Assembly: GCA_050124795.1 (NCBI GenBank)
Contig: JASFEO010000016.1
Span: 1 to 25,170, forward strand
Direction of reading: 5' to 3'
From: Candidatus Pacearchaeota archaeon
Lineage (GTDB): Archaea; Nanobdellota; Nanobdellia; Pacearchaeales; GW2011-AR1
DNA length: 25,170 bases
Shown: piece by piece, positions 1-8,423 of the stretch
How the letters are laid out: every line of letters starts with the position of its first letter
Numbering within the stretch: the first letter of the stretch is position 1
The notes under the pieces: model-generated
What the model was told of the DNA's origin: nothing
What the model saw: only the letters and a program-made list of their open reading frames with translations
The model's database searches: none
Position numbers and translations under genes: made by a program

Positions 1-163
1 TTTGTTTTTTAGTTTAAAAAATTCTTTTCGGATTAATTCTTTTTTCATCAATTTCGCAGGATTTCACCTGCGAACTAATTTTCGGTTCCTTACGACATAT
101 GTCTCTTCTGAACACACTAAATCACTTCAATAAGTTTATAAAATTTGAAAGTTATTTTATAGA

Positions 164-775
164 ATGCAAAAAATAAAAATAATTTCAATTGATTTTCAAA
201 AAGAATTTAGTCTTAAGGGATTTAAACATTACAAACCACATTCCAATGTTGATTTTATCAGGAAAACTTTTATACCTTTTTTAAGAAAACATAATATCAA
301 AATTGCAGAGATTATCTCAGACTACAGGCAGCCTCGACCTGGAGATTTAGATGATTCAACTCGCCCGGGAGAAACAGGATATGACTCTATAATTCCTGAA
401 GATGTAAAATTAAAAAATATTTGGATTAAATGCATGAACTCTCCGATTTGGACAAGGAAAAATATTGGAAACCCAAACAAAAAGCCAGGCCTTCCATACC
501 AAGATCCAAAAGCATTTACAAATTGGCTAAATTCTACAATTGGAAAACCTAAAGATGTAAGTGAAGTTATCCTGATTGGCTTAACAATTGATTGTTGTGT
601 TTTTTGCACTGCTCAGGAATTAAAGTTTCGAGGATATAATGTTAAAATTCTAAAAGAAGGAGTTGATGTGTATTCTGGGGATAAAAAAGAAAAAGAGATG
701 ATTCTAAATAATTCTCCATTGCTTAATTGGGCGAAAGTTATTCCATGGGATGAATTAAGGAAAAAATTAAATTAA
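164..775 (+). CDS. Isochorismatase/cysteine hydrolase family protein
   Basis: N-terminal IDFQKEF (catalytic Asp), WIKC (Lys) and IGLTIDCCVFCTA (catalytic Cys) followed by RGYNVKILKEGV match the Asp-Lys-Cys triad pattern. TTTATAAA at 135-142 lies 29 nt before the ATG. Confidence 0.85.
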   Translation: MQKIKIISIDFQKEFSLKGFKHYKPHSNVDFIRKTFIPFLRKHNIKIAEIISDYRQPRPGDLDDSTRPGETGYDSIIPEDVKLKNIWIKCMNSPIWTRKNIGNPNKKPGLPYQDPKAFTNWLNSTIGKPKDVSEVILIGLTIDCCVFCTAQELKFRGYNVKILKEGVDVYSGDKKEKEMILNNSPLLNWAKVIPWDELRKKLN

Positions 776-780
776 AACTT

Positions 781-1476
781 TTATCTCATCATCCCGGGTG
801 GCATTGGCATTCTCATTGGCATTTGTTCTCTAAAAGAAATTTTCTTAATTAAAAATTTTGGACTTACAACTTCTGAAGTTATTGCAAGTAAATTTAAATT
901 CCCGACAAAAATTCTCACAATTCCCTCGTCAACAGGTATCTTTGCTTTTTTTGAAAAATTATTTATCACTTCATCAATTTCATCTTTTGACAAAACCACT
1001 TCTGTTGCTTTTCTTCCCATGCCTCCCTCGACAATAATTTTTTCATCTGGGCCATTGCACTGAATTGTTCTCACAGCAAAATCTTTTATCAGAGGATTTA
1101 ATTTTCCCAAATCAATTTCAACTTTTTTTGGAATTGGTCGGAGATATCTAAGTCTTGGCGGCAGACGAACTTGCGGAACTTTCATAAATGGGGAAAGTGG
1201 AGGTCTTGGGCGGATTTTCAATCTCTGAATCCGCGGGGGCTGCAAATTTTTCCCAATCTTTTTTTCCTGAGAAGCAATTGAATAATTCAAATCTTTAAAC
1301 TCTTTTTCTAATTTAGGTTTTTCAATTGTTTGTTTTATTTTTTCTTTAAATTCTTTTTTCTCTTCTTTTAATGCAGTATCTAAAACAAAAACTTCTCCTC
1401 TTGAATGCTTAATCAACTCCTGTGTAAATTTAATTAAGAACAATGCTCTAAAATTATTATCTGTTTGTTCAATCAT
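781..1476 (-). CDS. Hypothetical protein whose C-terminal domain resembles the N-terminal (pre-P-loop) domain of VirB11/TadA secretion ATPases
   Basis: LNPLIKDFAVRTIQCNGPDEKIIVE and LSKDEIDEVINNFSKKAKIPVD resemble the L-x-P-L-L-x-D...EI-x-VNGP segment of VirB11/CpaF ATPases. No Walker A. Start moved to ATG 1476, 1 nt after the TAG of the upstream gene. Confidence 0.55.
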   Translation of the reverse strand: MIEQTDNNFRALFLIKFTQELIKHSRGEVFVLDTALKEEKKEFKEKIKQTIEKPKLEKEFKDLNYSIASQEKKIGKNLQPPRIQRLKIRPRPPLSPFMKVPQVRLPPRLRYLRPIPKKVEIDLGKLNPLIKDFAVRTIQCNGPDEKIIVEGGMGRKATEVVLSKDEIDEVINNFSKKAKIPVDEGIVRIFVGNLNLLAITSEVVSPKFLIKKISFREQMPMRMPMPPGMMR

Positions 1477-1477
1477 C

Positions 1478-2197
1478 CTAAATTGCAAACTCATCCTTTT
1501 TCTTTTCTTTTTCATTCCTTCCAATATCGAAGTTCACATTCTGTGACTCATCAATATGGTGCGACTTTTCATAACTTGCCATGTTTATATTTGATTCATC
1601 TCCTTCAATAGCATTTTGTTTTATTGAACCCTGCTGCATCATTGGTGTTGCGCCTGGCTGTTGCATTATTTGGTTTTGAGGTTGCGCTGTTCCGGGCATT
1701 GGAGGAACCTGCCCTGAGGGGACTGGTCTTTGAATTAAAGGCTTTTGCATAGGAAGATTTTGTCTTTGTGGAATTTGAGGAGGAGTAATTTGTTTTCCTT
1801 TAGGTTCATGCAAAAGTGTAAGTCCCCTTGCAATAACTTTATTTTGCTCTAATAAATTATCAATTTTCTTCACCATCTCTTCATCCTTTTTTCCGCCGAG
1901 TTCAAAATCTTTTTGCGCCATTGCTTTTGCAGAAACTTCAAACAACTCAAGCAGCTTAGAAATCTGTGTTGACAAACCATCAAACTTAACAGACAAATTA
2001 GTCAGGACCTTTTGCAAACTAACAAAATTCTCAACTAAAACTTTTTCAACATGAATGTCATGCGGATGATGCTCTGTTTTATGATGCTCTTTAGTTTCAT
2101 GAGAAGTTTTTTTATGACTTGTTTTTTTCTTTGCCCTTTTTTTAGTTGTTTTTTTATGAGAACTCTTTTTCTTTGTCTCACCTTTCTTTTTTGTCAT
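1478..2197 (-). CDS. Hypothetical protein with Lys/His-rich N-terminus, coiled-coil core and Gln/Pro-rich linker
   Basis: 239-aa ORF with heptad-like core ENFVSLQKVLTNLSVKFDGLSTQISKLLELFE. TATA-like element upstream. Tightly coupled to the next gene. Confidence 0.8.
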   Translation of the reverse strand: MTKKKGETKKKSSHKKTTKKRAKKKTSHKKTSHETKEHHKTEHHPHDIHVEKVLVENFVSLQKVLTNLSVKFDGLSTQISKLLELFEVSAKAMAQKDFELGGKKDEEMVKKIDNLLEQNKVIARGLTLLHEPKGKQITPPQIPQRQNLPMQKPLIQRPVPSGQVPPMPGTAQPQNQIMQQPGATPMMQQGSIKQNAIEGDESNINMASYEKSHHIDESQNVNFDIGRNEKEKKKDEFAI

Positions 2198-2237
2198 AAT
2201 TAATATACGAAGAAGGGATTTATAAAAATTTGGTTTA

Positions 2238-2378
2238 TCAATTATTTTTCTTAGGTTCTGTTACTTCCACCAAAAGGCATTCTCTATTTTTGTACATTCT
2301 AACAGGCTCTCTAAACTGAAAACTAACAATCTCTGAGTCATAATTTTTGTTTACCTTTCCATGCAAAGTTTTTGCCAT
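2238..2378 (-). CDS. Small hypothetical protein (46 aa), not in the ORF track
   Basis: Manual translation: MAKTLHGKVNKNYDSEIVSFQFREPVRMYKNRECLLVEVTEPKKNN. GGAG lies just upstream. It fills an otherwise empty gap. Confidence 0.45.
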   Translation of the reverse strand: MAKTLHGKVNKNYDSEIVSFQFREPVRMYKNRECLLVEVTEPKKNN

Positions 2379-2457
2379 TCCAACTCCAAAAGAAAAAGAC
2401 CCTTTTGATTTATTTTATTCAGAAGAAATTGATATAAAAGATTACATTCTAAAAAAT

Positions 2458-2703
2458 ATGCAAACCCCATCTGAATTTATTTTTTCAAATAACATAGAGG
2501 ATTTTGCAAGCGAAATTCAGGGAGGAATGGAATTTATATTAGAGAATACTTCAAATACTTTAACAGAAAAAGACTTGGAAAAGCGTGGAATACAAATAAA
2601 AAATCTTTCAAGAGAACCAAAAACAATTGATGTTAAAATGCCTGACAAATTACTTATTGGAGAAAGACTTTATTTAGAAAATTTTGATTGCTGGAAAAAA
2701 TAA
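2458..2703 (+). CDS. Hypothetical protein (about 81 aa)
   Basis: ATG at 2458 follows GATATAAAAG (2431-2440). The track's TTG start at 2347 overlaps the opposite-strand small ORF and is probably over-extended. Confidence 0.55.
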   Translation: MQTPSEFIFSNNIEDFASEIQGGMEFILENTSNTLTEKDLEKRGIQIKNLSREPKTIDVKMPDKLLIGERLYLENFDCWKK

Positions 2704-2706
2704 AAC

Positions 2707-5592
2707 TTAAAAAATATCAAGCACTTCATCTTCTTTGTCTTCACTTTTACCTTCATCAGAATTTTCCTCTTCTTCTTTTCTCTCTGAATCTCCATCCAGA
2801 TTATCTTCCCCTTTTTCATTAGAGCCTTCTTCATCTTCATGCTCCTCAGGAAAATCATCTTCATTAAATTCTTCTTTTTCTTCTGGGTGCTCTTCTAAAT
2901 ATTCTTTTTTCTCTTCTTCTATTTTTTCAATATCTTTATTAATTTCTTCCCCACTCTCACTTTCTTCTTCATCAGAATTTTCTTCATCTCCGGAAATTGC
3001 AACTTCTCCTTTTTTGTCTTCAATTAAATTTTCAGTTTTTTCAATAACTTTCTCAACAATATTTTTTTCTTCAGGAGATTCTTCATCATTATTTTTATTT
3101 ATGGATTCTTCATTTTCTTCGTGAGAATCTTCTTCAGTTTTTTCTTTATCCGCGTTAGGATTTTCATTTATAGATTCTTCAGTTTTTTCTTCATGAGGAT
3201 TTTCCTCATTCTCTTCTTTCTCAATTTCATCTTCTTTTTTTTCAGGTTGATAATTTCTTGGTTCATTGTCTGTCCCCCTCACAAGATTCATTTCCACTTC
3301 TGCAATGTGCTTTGCAATTTCATGAGCCATATCTGCATTCACACTTATTGAATCAATTCCGCTTTTTACTAAAAACTCAACCATCTCTTTTCTGCTTCCT
3401 GCCTGCCCGCAAATGCTTGTCTCAACCTTGTTTCTCTTGCACACCCTTATTACAAATCCAAGCTGGTATAAAACTGCCGGGTGCATTTCATTATATAAAT
3501 GCTGCACAGCCTCGTTGCCTCTGTCAATTGCCAGCATATACTGAGTTAAATCATTTGTTCCAAAAGAAATAAAATCAATTCCCTCGTCGCATAATTCCCT
3601 GATTAACTGAACAGCTGCAGGAGTCTCAACCATCACGCCAACCTTGCAATTATTAAACTCAATTTCTTTTAACATCTCTTTTGCCTTTTGAACTTCTTCA
3701 ACAGAAATTATTTGCGGCATTAAGATTCCTATTTTTTTATTTTTCTCTGCAACTCTTTTCAGTGCATTTAATTCTGCCTTTAAAATTTCAGGGTGCAAAA
3801 TTCCAAACCTGATTCCATGCATCCCCAACATTGGGTTGGCTTCTTTTTCCTGAGGCGCTCCCTCGAGATTGCTGAATTCATCACTTCTAATGTCTGAAGT
3901 CCTCACCCACATCTCATCAAAATATTTTGCAATATCATTAACTCCCTTAAAAACAACTTCCTCATAATCCTTAATCTTATTTTGCTCTAAAAAATAATTT
4001 GGGTGCTTGCCTGACTCTGCGATAATTCCTTCAATTCTTGTCAACCCCACTTTTTTTATTCCTGACTTTGAAGCCCTCTCTGCAAAACTCGGCAAATCAA
4101 CAATCACTTTTAATTTTGTTTTTGTCTCATCCTCAACAGCTAAGACTTCTTTTTGTTTTGTCTCACTTGTTTTGCCTTTGTAAATTTTTCCTGTGTAACC
4201 GTCGACAGTTATTATTTCGCCTTCTTTTAATTTTGTTGTTGCAGTATCTGTTCCTACAACTGCGGGAGTTCCCATTTCTCTGGAGACAATCGCGGCATGC
4301 GCAGTCATTCCGCCCTCGTCAGTCACGATTGCTGAACACTTTTGCATTGAAACAACCATATCTGGATTTGTCATTGTTGTAACAAGGATATCCCCCTGCT
4401 TAATTTTATCCAGGTCTTTTAAGTCATTAATAATTTTTATTTTCCCCGACGCTATTCCCGGAGAAGCTGCAATTCCCTCGAGGATAACTTCGCCTGAAAC
4501 TTCCTTTGACTCACTAAATCTTTTTTCAACTGTTGTAATCGGCCGCGTCTGCACAATAAAAATTTCCTCTCCTTCAATTGCAAATTCAATATCCTGCGGC
4601 TTCTTAAAATGCTCTTCCAAAGTAAGTGCAATCTGCGCAAGTCTTTTTATCTCGTGATTTTGCAATACCTGCGAGTTTGCTTTTTCTTCTCTTAGTTTTA
4701 CAACCTCCTTATCCCCCGCCGAGTTCCTTGTTATTGCAACTTTTTTATTTGAAATTTTTGTATCAATAATTTTCATTTCCCTTGAGACAACATATCTGTC
4801 AGGAGTTATTCTTCCTGAAACAATTCCCTCTCCAAGTCCAAAAACTGCTTCCATTACAACATTATCATTTTCATGCGCAGGGTCCTTTGAGAAAATCACA
4901 CCTGACTTGTCTGAATCCACCATTTTTTGCACAACAACTGCAAGGCTTGCTTTTACGTCTTTAAACCCCTGCTTGTTTCTGTAATAAGTTGCCCTCGACG
5001 TGAATAATGAAGCAAAACACTTTCTTATATTCTCAAGTAATTTCTGATTTCCTTTTATATTTACATAAGAATCCTGCTGGCCTGCAAAACTTGCTTCTGC
5101 CAAGTCCTCAGTTGTGGCACTGCTTCTAACTGCAACAAAAATTGGTTCAGCTGCATTTTTCAAAATATCATGCGCACTTCCTTTTGGTCCAATATCCCGA
5201 ACATCCAAAGCCTCGTAAGACTCCAAAATCTCCTCTTCCATCTCCTTGGGAAACTTTGACTTAACAATCAAATCCCGAATTTTTTTTGTTGACTCATCCA
5301 ACTGCTTTGTGTCCTCATAATCAATTTCTGATAATATTTTTTTTATCTCTTCACCAATCCCTGACTTTTCAATAAAATAATCATAGGCTTGTGCAGTTAC
5401 AACAAAACCAGGCGGCACAGGAACTTTTAAATTATAAATTTCAGCCAGATTCGCGCCCTTTCCTCCTGCAAATTTCCCAGAAGTTTTATTTAATTCCTTA
5501 AACCATTTTACAAAATCAACTCCAAGATTTTCCTCTTTAGAATTTTTACTTTTTGATTTATTTTTTTTCAAAGCCTCTTTTACAAGTTCCAT
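2707..5592 (-). CDS. ppsA: Phosphoenolpyruvate synthase (pyruvate,water dikinase) with long acidic C-terminal tail
   Basis: Motifs GGKGANLAE, VAVRSSATTEDLAEASFAGQQDSY, GLGEGIVSG, phospho-His motif GGMTAHAAIVSRE, EANPMLG, SFGTNDLTQY and SICGQA. Confidence 0.96.
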   Translation of the reverse strand: MELVKEALKKNKSKSKNSKEENLGVDFVKWFKELNKTSGKFAGGKGANLAEIYNLKVPVPPGFVVTAQAYDYFIEKSGIGEEIKKILSEIDYEDTKQLDESTKKIRDLIVKSKFPKEMEEEILESYEALDVRDIGPKGSAHDILKNAAEPIFVAVRSSATTEDLAEASFAGQQDSYVNIKGNQKLLENIRKCFASLFTSRATYYRNKQGFKDVKASLAVVVQKMVDSDKSGVIFSKDPAHENDNVVMEAVFGLGEGIVSGRITPDRYVVSREMKIIDTKISNKKVAITRNSAGDKEVVKLREEKANSQVLQNHEIKRLAQIALTLEEHFKKPQDIEFAIEGEEIFIVQTRPITTVEKRFSESKEVSGEVILEGIAASPGIASGKIKIINDLKDLDKIKQGDILVTTMTNPDMVVSMQKCSAIVTDEGGMTAHAAIVSREMGTPAVVGTDTATTKLKEGEIITVDGYTGKIYKGKTSETKQKEVLAVEDETKTKLKVIVDLPSFAERASKSGIKKVGLTRIEGIIAESGKHPNYFLEQNKIKDYEEVVFKGVNDIAKYFDEMWVRTSDIRSDEFSNLEGAPQEKEANPMLGMHGIRFGILHPEILKAELNALKRVAEKNKKIGILMPQIISVEEVQKAKEMLKEIEFNNCKVGVMVETPAAVQLIRELCDEGIDFISFGTNDLTQYMLAIDRGNEAVQHLYNEMHPAVLYQLGFVIRVCKRNKVETSICGQAGSRKEMVEFLVKSGIDSISVNADMAHEIAKHIAEVEMNLVRGTDNEPRNYQPEKKEDEIEKEENEENPHEEKTEESINENPNADKEKTEEDSHEENEESINKNNDEESPEEKNIVEKVIEKTENLIEDKKGEVAISGDEENSDEEESESGEEINKDIEKIEEEKKEYLEEHPEEKEEFNEDDFPEEHEDEEGSNEKGEDNLDGDSERKEEEENSDEGKSEDKEDEVLDIF

Positions 5593-5643
5593 GAATAATA
5601 TAATGAAATCGGGTTTTTAAGAATTTGCATAGAGAATGTATGT

Positions 5644-5796
5644 CTAATCTTTATAATCTCTTGACGACCTTAATAATCCTTTTTCCAGAACTCTTGCGAA
5701 TGCCTCCTGCTGATTTTCAGGTAAATCATAAATTAAAGGTTTTTGCCGAGGTTTTAATGCATAATCTTCTAATCTTTTTTCTGAATTTTCTTTCAT
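5644..5796 (-). CDS. Small hypothetical protein (50 aa), not in the ORF track
   Basis: Manual translation: MKENSEKRLEDYALKPRQKPLIYDLPENQQEAFARVLEKGLLRSSRDYKD. TTTATTAA on the minus strand starts at 5825, 29 nt before the ATG. Confidence 0.6.
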   Translation of the reverse strand: MKENSEKRLEDYALKPRQKPLIYDLPENQQEAFARVLEKGLLRSSRDYKD

Positions 5797-5883
5797 TGTT
5801 AATATAATCTAATCTGGTTAATAAACATTTTTGTTTTTCTACCTATTCAACAAAACCCCCATCATTCCCACGCACAAAATTAA

Positions 5884-5904
5884 AAAATTCGCAAAGCGAA
5901 TTTT
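5884..5904. repeat. Palindrome AAAATTCGC-AAA-GCGAATTTT at the 3' end of a gene (terminator/REP-like)
   Basis: Perfect inverted repeat with a 3-nt loop abutting the stop of 5904..6395. Confidence 0.6.
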
Positions 5905-6395
5905 TACCCAAAATAACTCTTTCCATTAACTTCACTTTTTTTATTCCAATTCTTTTTTACTTCTTCAATAATTTTCAAAATATCTTTTTTTATTTTCTGC
6001 CATTCATTAAATCCTTTTTTTATAAACTCTGCTTCTTTGTCCTCATTAAATTCCAAATCAAGTTCAATTAAATTTATCCCAACAAAAGAAAGTTTCTTAT
6101 AAGCCTCACTTAATTTTTCCTTGTCATTTGCATTTAACAACTTCACAACTGAAAAAATAAACATCGGCGCATTAACAGGATTAAGAAGCCCCTCAATAAA
6201 ACGCAGATACTCTGAAAACTTCTCTGCCATGAATTTCCGAATCTCCCGAATCAAAAACAAAGTCTTCTCGTCGCTAATTCTCTCAATTGCAAAATCCTTA
6301 TTCAACTCATCAAAACCCGGCAGGGAATATTTCTTCTCTAACTTTGAGTAGTTTTTCTTTAACTCATCTAATGAATCTTTTTTATCTTTTTCCAT
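5904..6395 (-). CDS. Hypothetical all-helical protein
   Basis: 163-aa ORF ending in SYFG, with an upstream TTTATAAA. Confidence 0.8.
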   Translation of the reverse strand: MEKDKKDSLDELKKNYSKLEKKYSLPGFDELNKDFAIERISDEKTLFLIREIRKFMAEKFSEYLRFIEGLLNPVNAPMFIFSVVKLLNANDKEKLSEAYKKLSFVGINLIELDLEFNEDKEAEFIKKGFNEWQKIKKDILKIIEEVKKNWNKKSEVNGKSYFG

Positions 6396-6468
6396 TTTAA
6401 TCTTTGAGAAAAAGGGTTTATAAAAATTTGCTTATGCAAAAAATCTCAGATAAATTTGGGATTTTGAT

Positions 6469-7140
6469 TTATAAGAAAGGAGTAATAAAAGGATGCCTCT
6501 CTCTGCCACAAATCCATAGGCACTGTTGAATTTCCCCGGAATAATTCGCTTTTATTTCAGCAATTACAATGGGGAATTTTTGATAAACTCTCCCAGAATC
6601 ATAATGAAACTCATAATTTTCTAAAAAGACTTCATAAGAATCAGAGTCATTAAAAACCTGCACATTTTTTATTTCATTTACTTCCTCATTATTCCTTAAG
6701 GTTGACAGACAATATTCCTTAAGATCTTCAACATTGGTATTTTCAATTTTTGATTGTTCAACTTGCTTATAAAAAATAGTATAAAAGCCTGCGATGATGA
6801 GCAGGAACAAAATTACTATTGCAATGAGATAAAGGCTCTTTTTTAATACTCTTTTTTTGTTTTTAGAAAGCAATATATAACTAATAAAAAAAGGCAATAT
6901 CACTATAATATACTCAAGAACAAAAGAATATATTGATGTGCAATTACAATGACAGCCACTCTTAAGAGGAGTTAAGAATTCATAATCAATGCAATTTTCA
7001 AATGCCCCTCCCACACACATACATCTCATTGAAGTGCCTAAAATAAAAAGTGCAAAATACCAAAGAAGAGTAATTATTAACGAAATAATTAGCTTCTTTT
7101 TAGTAGACATAGATTTTTTAATTTTCACACCCTTCTTCAT
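6469..7140 (-). CDS. Membrane protein with three TM segments and a Cys-rich loop
   Basis: Three hydrophobic stretches. Loop CMC...C...CHCNC between TM1 and TM2. Confidence 0.7.
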   Translation of the reverse strand: MKKGVKIKKSMSTKKKLIISLIITLLWYFALFILGTSMRCMCVGGAFENCIDYEFLTPLKSGCHCNCTSIYSFVLEYIIVILPFFISYILLSKNKKRVLKKSLYLIAIVILFLLIIAGFYTIFYKQVEQSKIENTNVEDLKEYCLSTLRNNEEVNEIKNVQVFNDSDSYEVFLENYEFHYDSGRVYQKFPIVIAEIKANYSGEIQQCLWICGRERHPFITPFL

Positions 7141-7188
7141 AACCCATCAAAGATTTCGTCATTTTTAAACTTATCTCAAACCAAATAA

Positions 7189-7281
7189 AGCCACAACTGG
7201 GATTTGAACCCAGGACCTCATCATTTTTGAGATTCCAATTAACTTACCAATGATGTGTTCTACCAACTGAACTATTGTGGC
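7189..7281 (-). tRNA. tRNA-Thr(GGT) with 20-nt intron at position 37/38 (intron 7225-7244)
   Basis: Reverse complement folds as acceptor GCCACAA/TTGTGGC, D-arm GTTC/GAAC, anticodon stem CATCA/TGATG with TT-GGT-A[intron]A and T-arm CTGGG-TTCAAAT-CCCAG. 93 nt minus 20 nt gives 73 nt. No encoded CCA. Confidence 0.93.
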
Positions 7282-7313
7282 ATAAATTAATTTAGAAAAA
7301 TCTTCTTAAAAAC

Positions 7314-7628
7314 CTATTTCTTTTTCATCACCCTCAACAAAAGAAATACCAAAAGAACAATAAAAAATGCAAGCGCAATAAAAAATAAAATCATTGAAAG
7401 AATTGAAAACAAGTTCATATAAACTTCACTTGATGAAACTTTGTAAAGCATAAATGAAAGAAGCGAAAGCACTGCAAATAAAATCAAATTCTTTACAACA
7501 ATATTCAATTTCTTAGAAGTCGGACGAACTGCCTTTTTACTAACCCTCTTATTAGAAACTTTTTTTACAATTTTTTTCCTTGCAACTTTCTTAGCTGTCT
7601 TTTTTTTCACACTCTTTTTTCCTGCCAT
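7314..7628 (-). CDS. Small membrane protein with Lys-rich N-terminus and two TM helices
   Basis: About 40-aa basic N-terminus then two hydrophobic helices. AGGTGA SD-like sequence upstream. Confidence 0.75.
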   Translation of the reverse strand: MAGKKSVKKKTAKKVARKKIVKKVSNKRVSKKAVRPTSKKLNIVVKNLILFAVLSLLSFMLYKVSSSEVYMNLFSILSMILFFIALAFFIVLLVFLLLRVMKKK

Positions 7629-7669
7629 TTAATCACCTTATATTTGTAATCCAACGAACTTTATAAATA

Positions 7670-8038
7670 TTACTCCTTGTCTTTATTTTTATCATCGCCT
7701 TTTAAAAAATCAAAAATTCCTTTTGTGTCATCCTTATCATTTTTGGAATTATTTCCTTCCCAGTTCATGTTTATTGTGTAACTTGTAATTGACTTTAAAT
7801 TAAAAAAAACCGAACCCAGCCACGAAAAATAAAGCTTTGTTCCCTCGAGAACTCCCGGAATTGTGTTCCACTGAATGTCGTGCCCCCTGAAAACATAGGC
7901 AGAACTTACATACGAGAATAATATCAAAGCTATCAGCAATATTGCGAAAACCTTGTGCTTCATTCTCTTGACTTCAATTAAAACCCAGATTCCAATTATC
8001 AGGGCTGAAATCATAAAAAGAGTAAATCCAATCACCAT
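7670..8038 (-). CDS. Hypothetical membrane protein
   Basis: Two N-terminal TM helices, an amphipathic segment and a charged tail. Confidence 0.75.
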   Translation of the reverse strand: MVIGFTLFMISALIIGIWVLIEVKRMKHKVFAILLIALILFSYVSSAYVFRGHDIQWNTIPGVLEGTKLYFSWLGSVFFNLKSITSYTINMNWEGNNSKNDKDDTKGIFDFLKGDDKNKDKE

Positions 8039-8235
8039 TCTAAACTAAAGAAATTTTAGTATAAAAATATTTTGGATAATTTTATAGTGAGAAATATAAT
8101 GCACCCACGCCTACTCCCAACCTCGCACGAAGTTTTTAATTTTCTAACTTGAATTTTTTGAACTTCTACCACGAAGTTACTCGAATTGAACAAGACATTT
8201 TATAGTGTCTAGTCTATATCCCGGGCGAGAAATAG

Positions 8236-8258
8236 ATAATCTCGCACAGCGAGATTAT
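8236..8258. repeat. Perfect hairpin ATAATCTCGC-ACA-GCGAGATTAT just 3' of tRNA-Asp
   Basis: 10-bp perfect stem with a 3-nt loop, 3 nt from the tRNA 3' end. Confidence 0.7.
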
Positions 8259-8261
8259 ACA

Positions 8262-8333
8262 CGCCCCAGCCGGGAATTGAACCCGGGTCTCCTGCGCGAC
8301 AGGCAGGTGTCTTAGCCATTGGACAACTGAGGC
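8262..8333 (-). tRNA. tRNA-Asp(GTC)
   Basis: Acceptor GCCTCAG/CTGGGGC plus discriminator G, anticodon arm CCTGC-CT-GTC-GC-GCAGG, T-arm CCGGG-TTCAATT-CCCGG. 72 nt. Confidence 0.96.
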
Positions 8334-8423
8334 TTATCAAATCATTAGAAGAATTGATTTTTAAAACTTACTCTTAGTTAAAATTTCCAAAAAATTTATA
8401 AGAAGATGATTTGTTTTATTTTT

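Noticed and set aside
2735-3124. Ser-rich 129-aa + strand ORF and other antisense ORFs (e.g. 10775-11083, 14537-14956, 21174-21482)
   Set aside because: Shadows of well-supported opposite-strand genes. The Ser-rich one simply mirrors GAA-rich codons of the ppsA tail.
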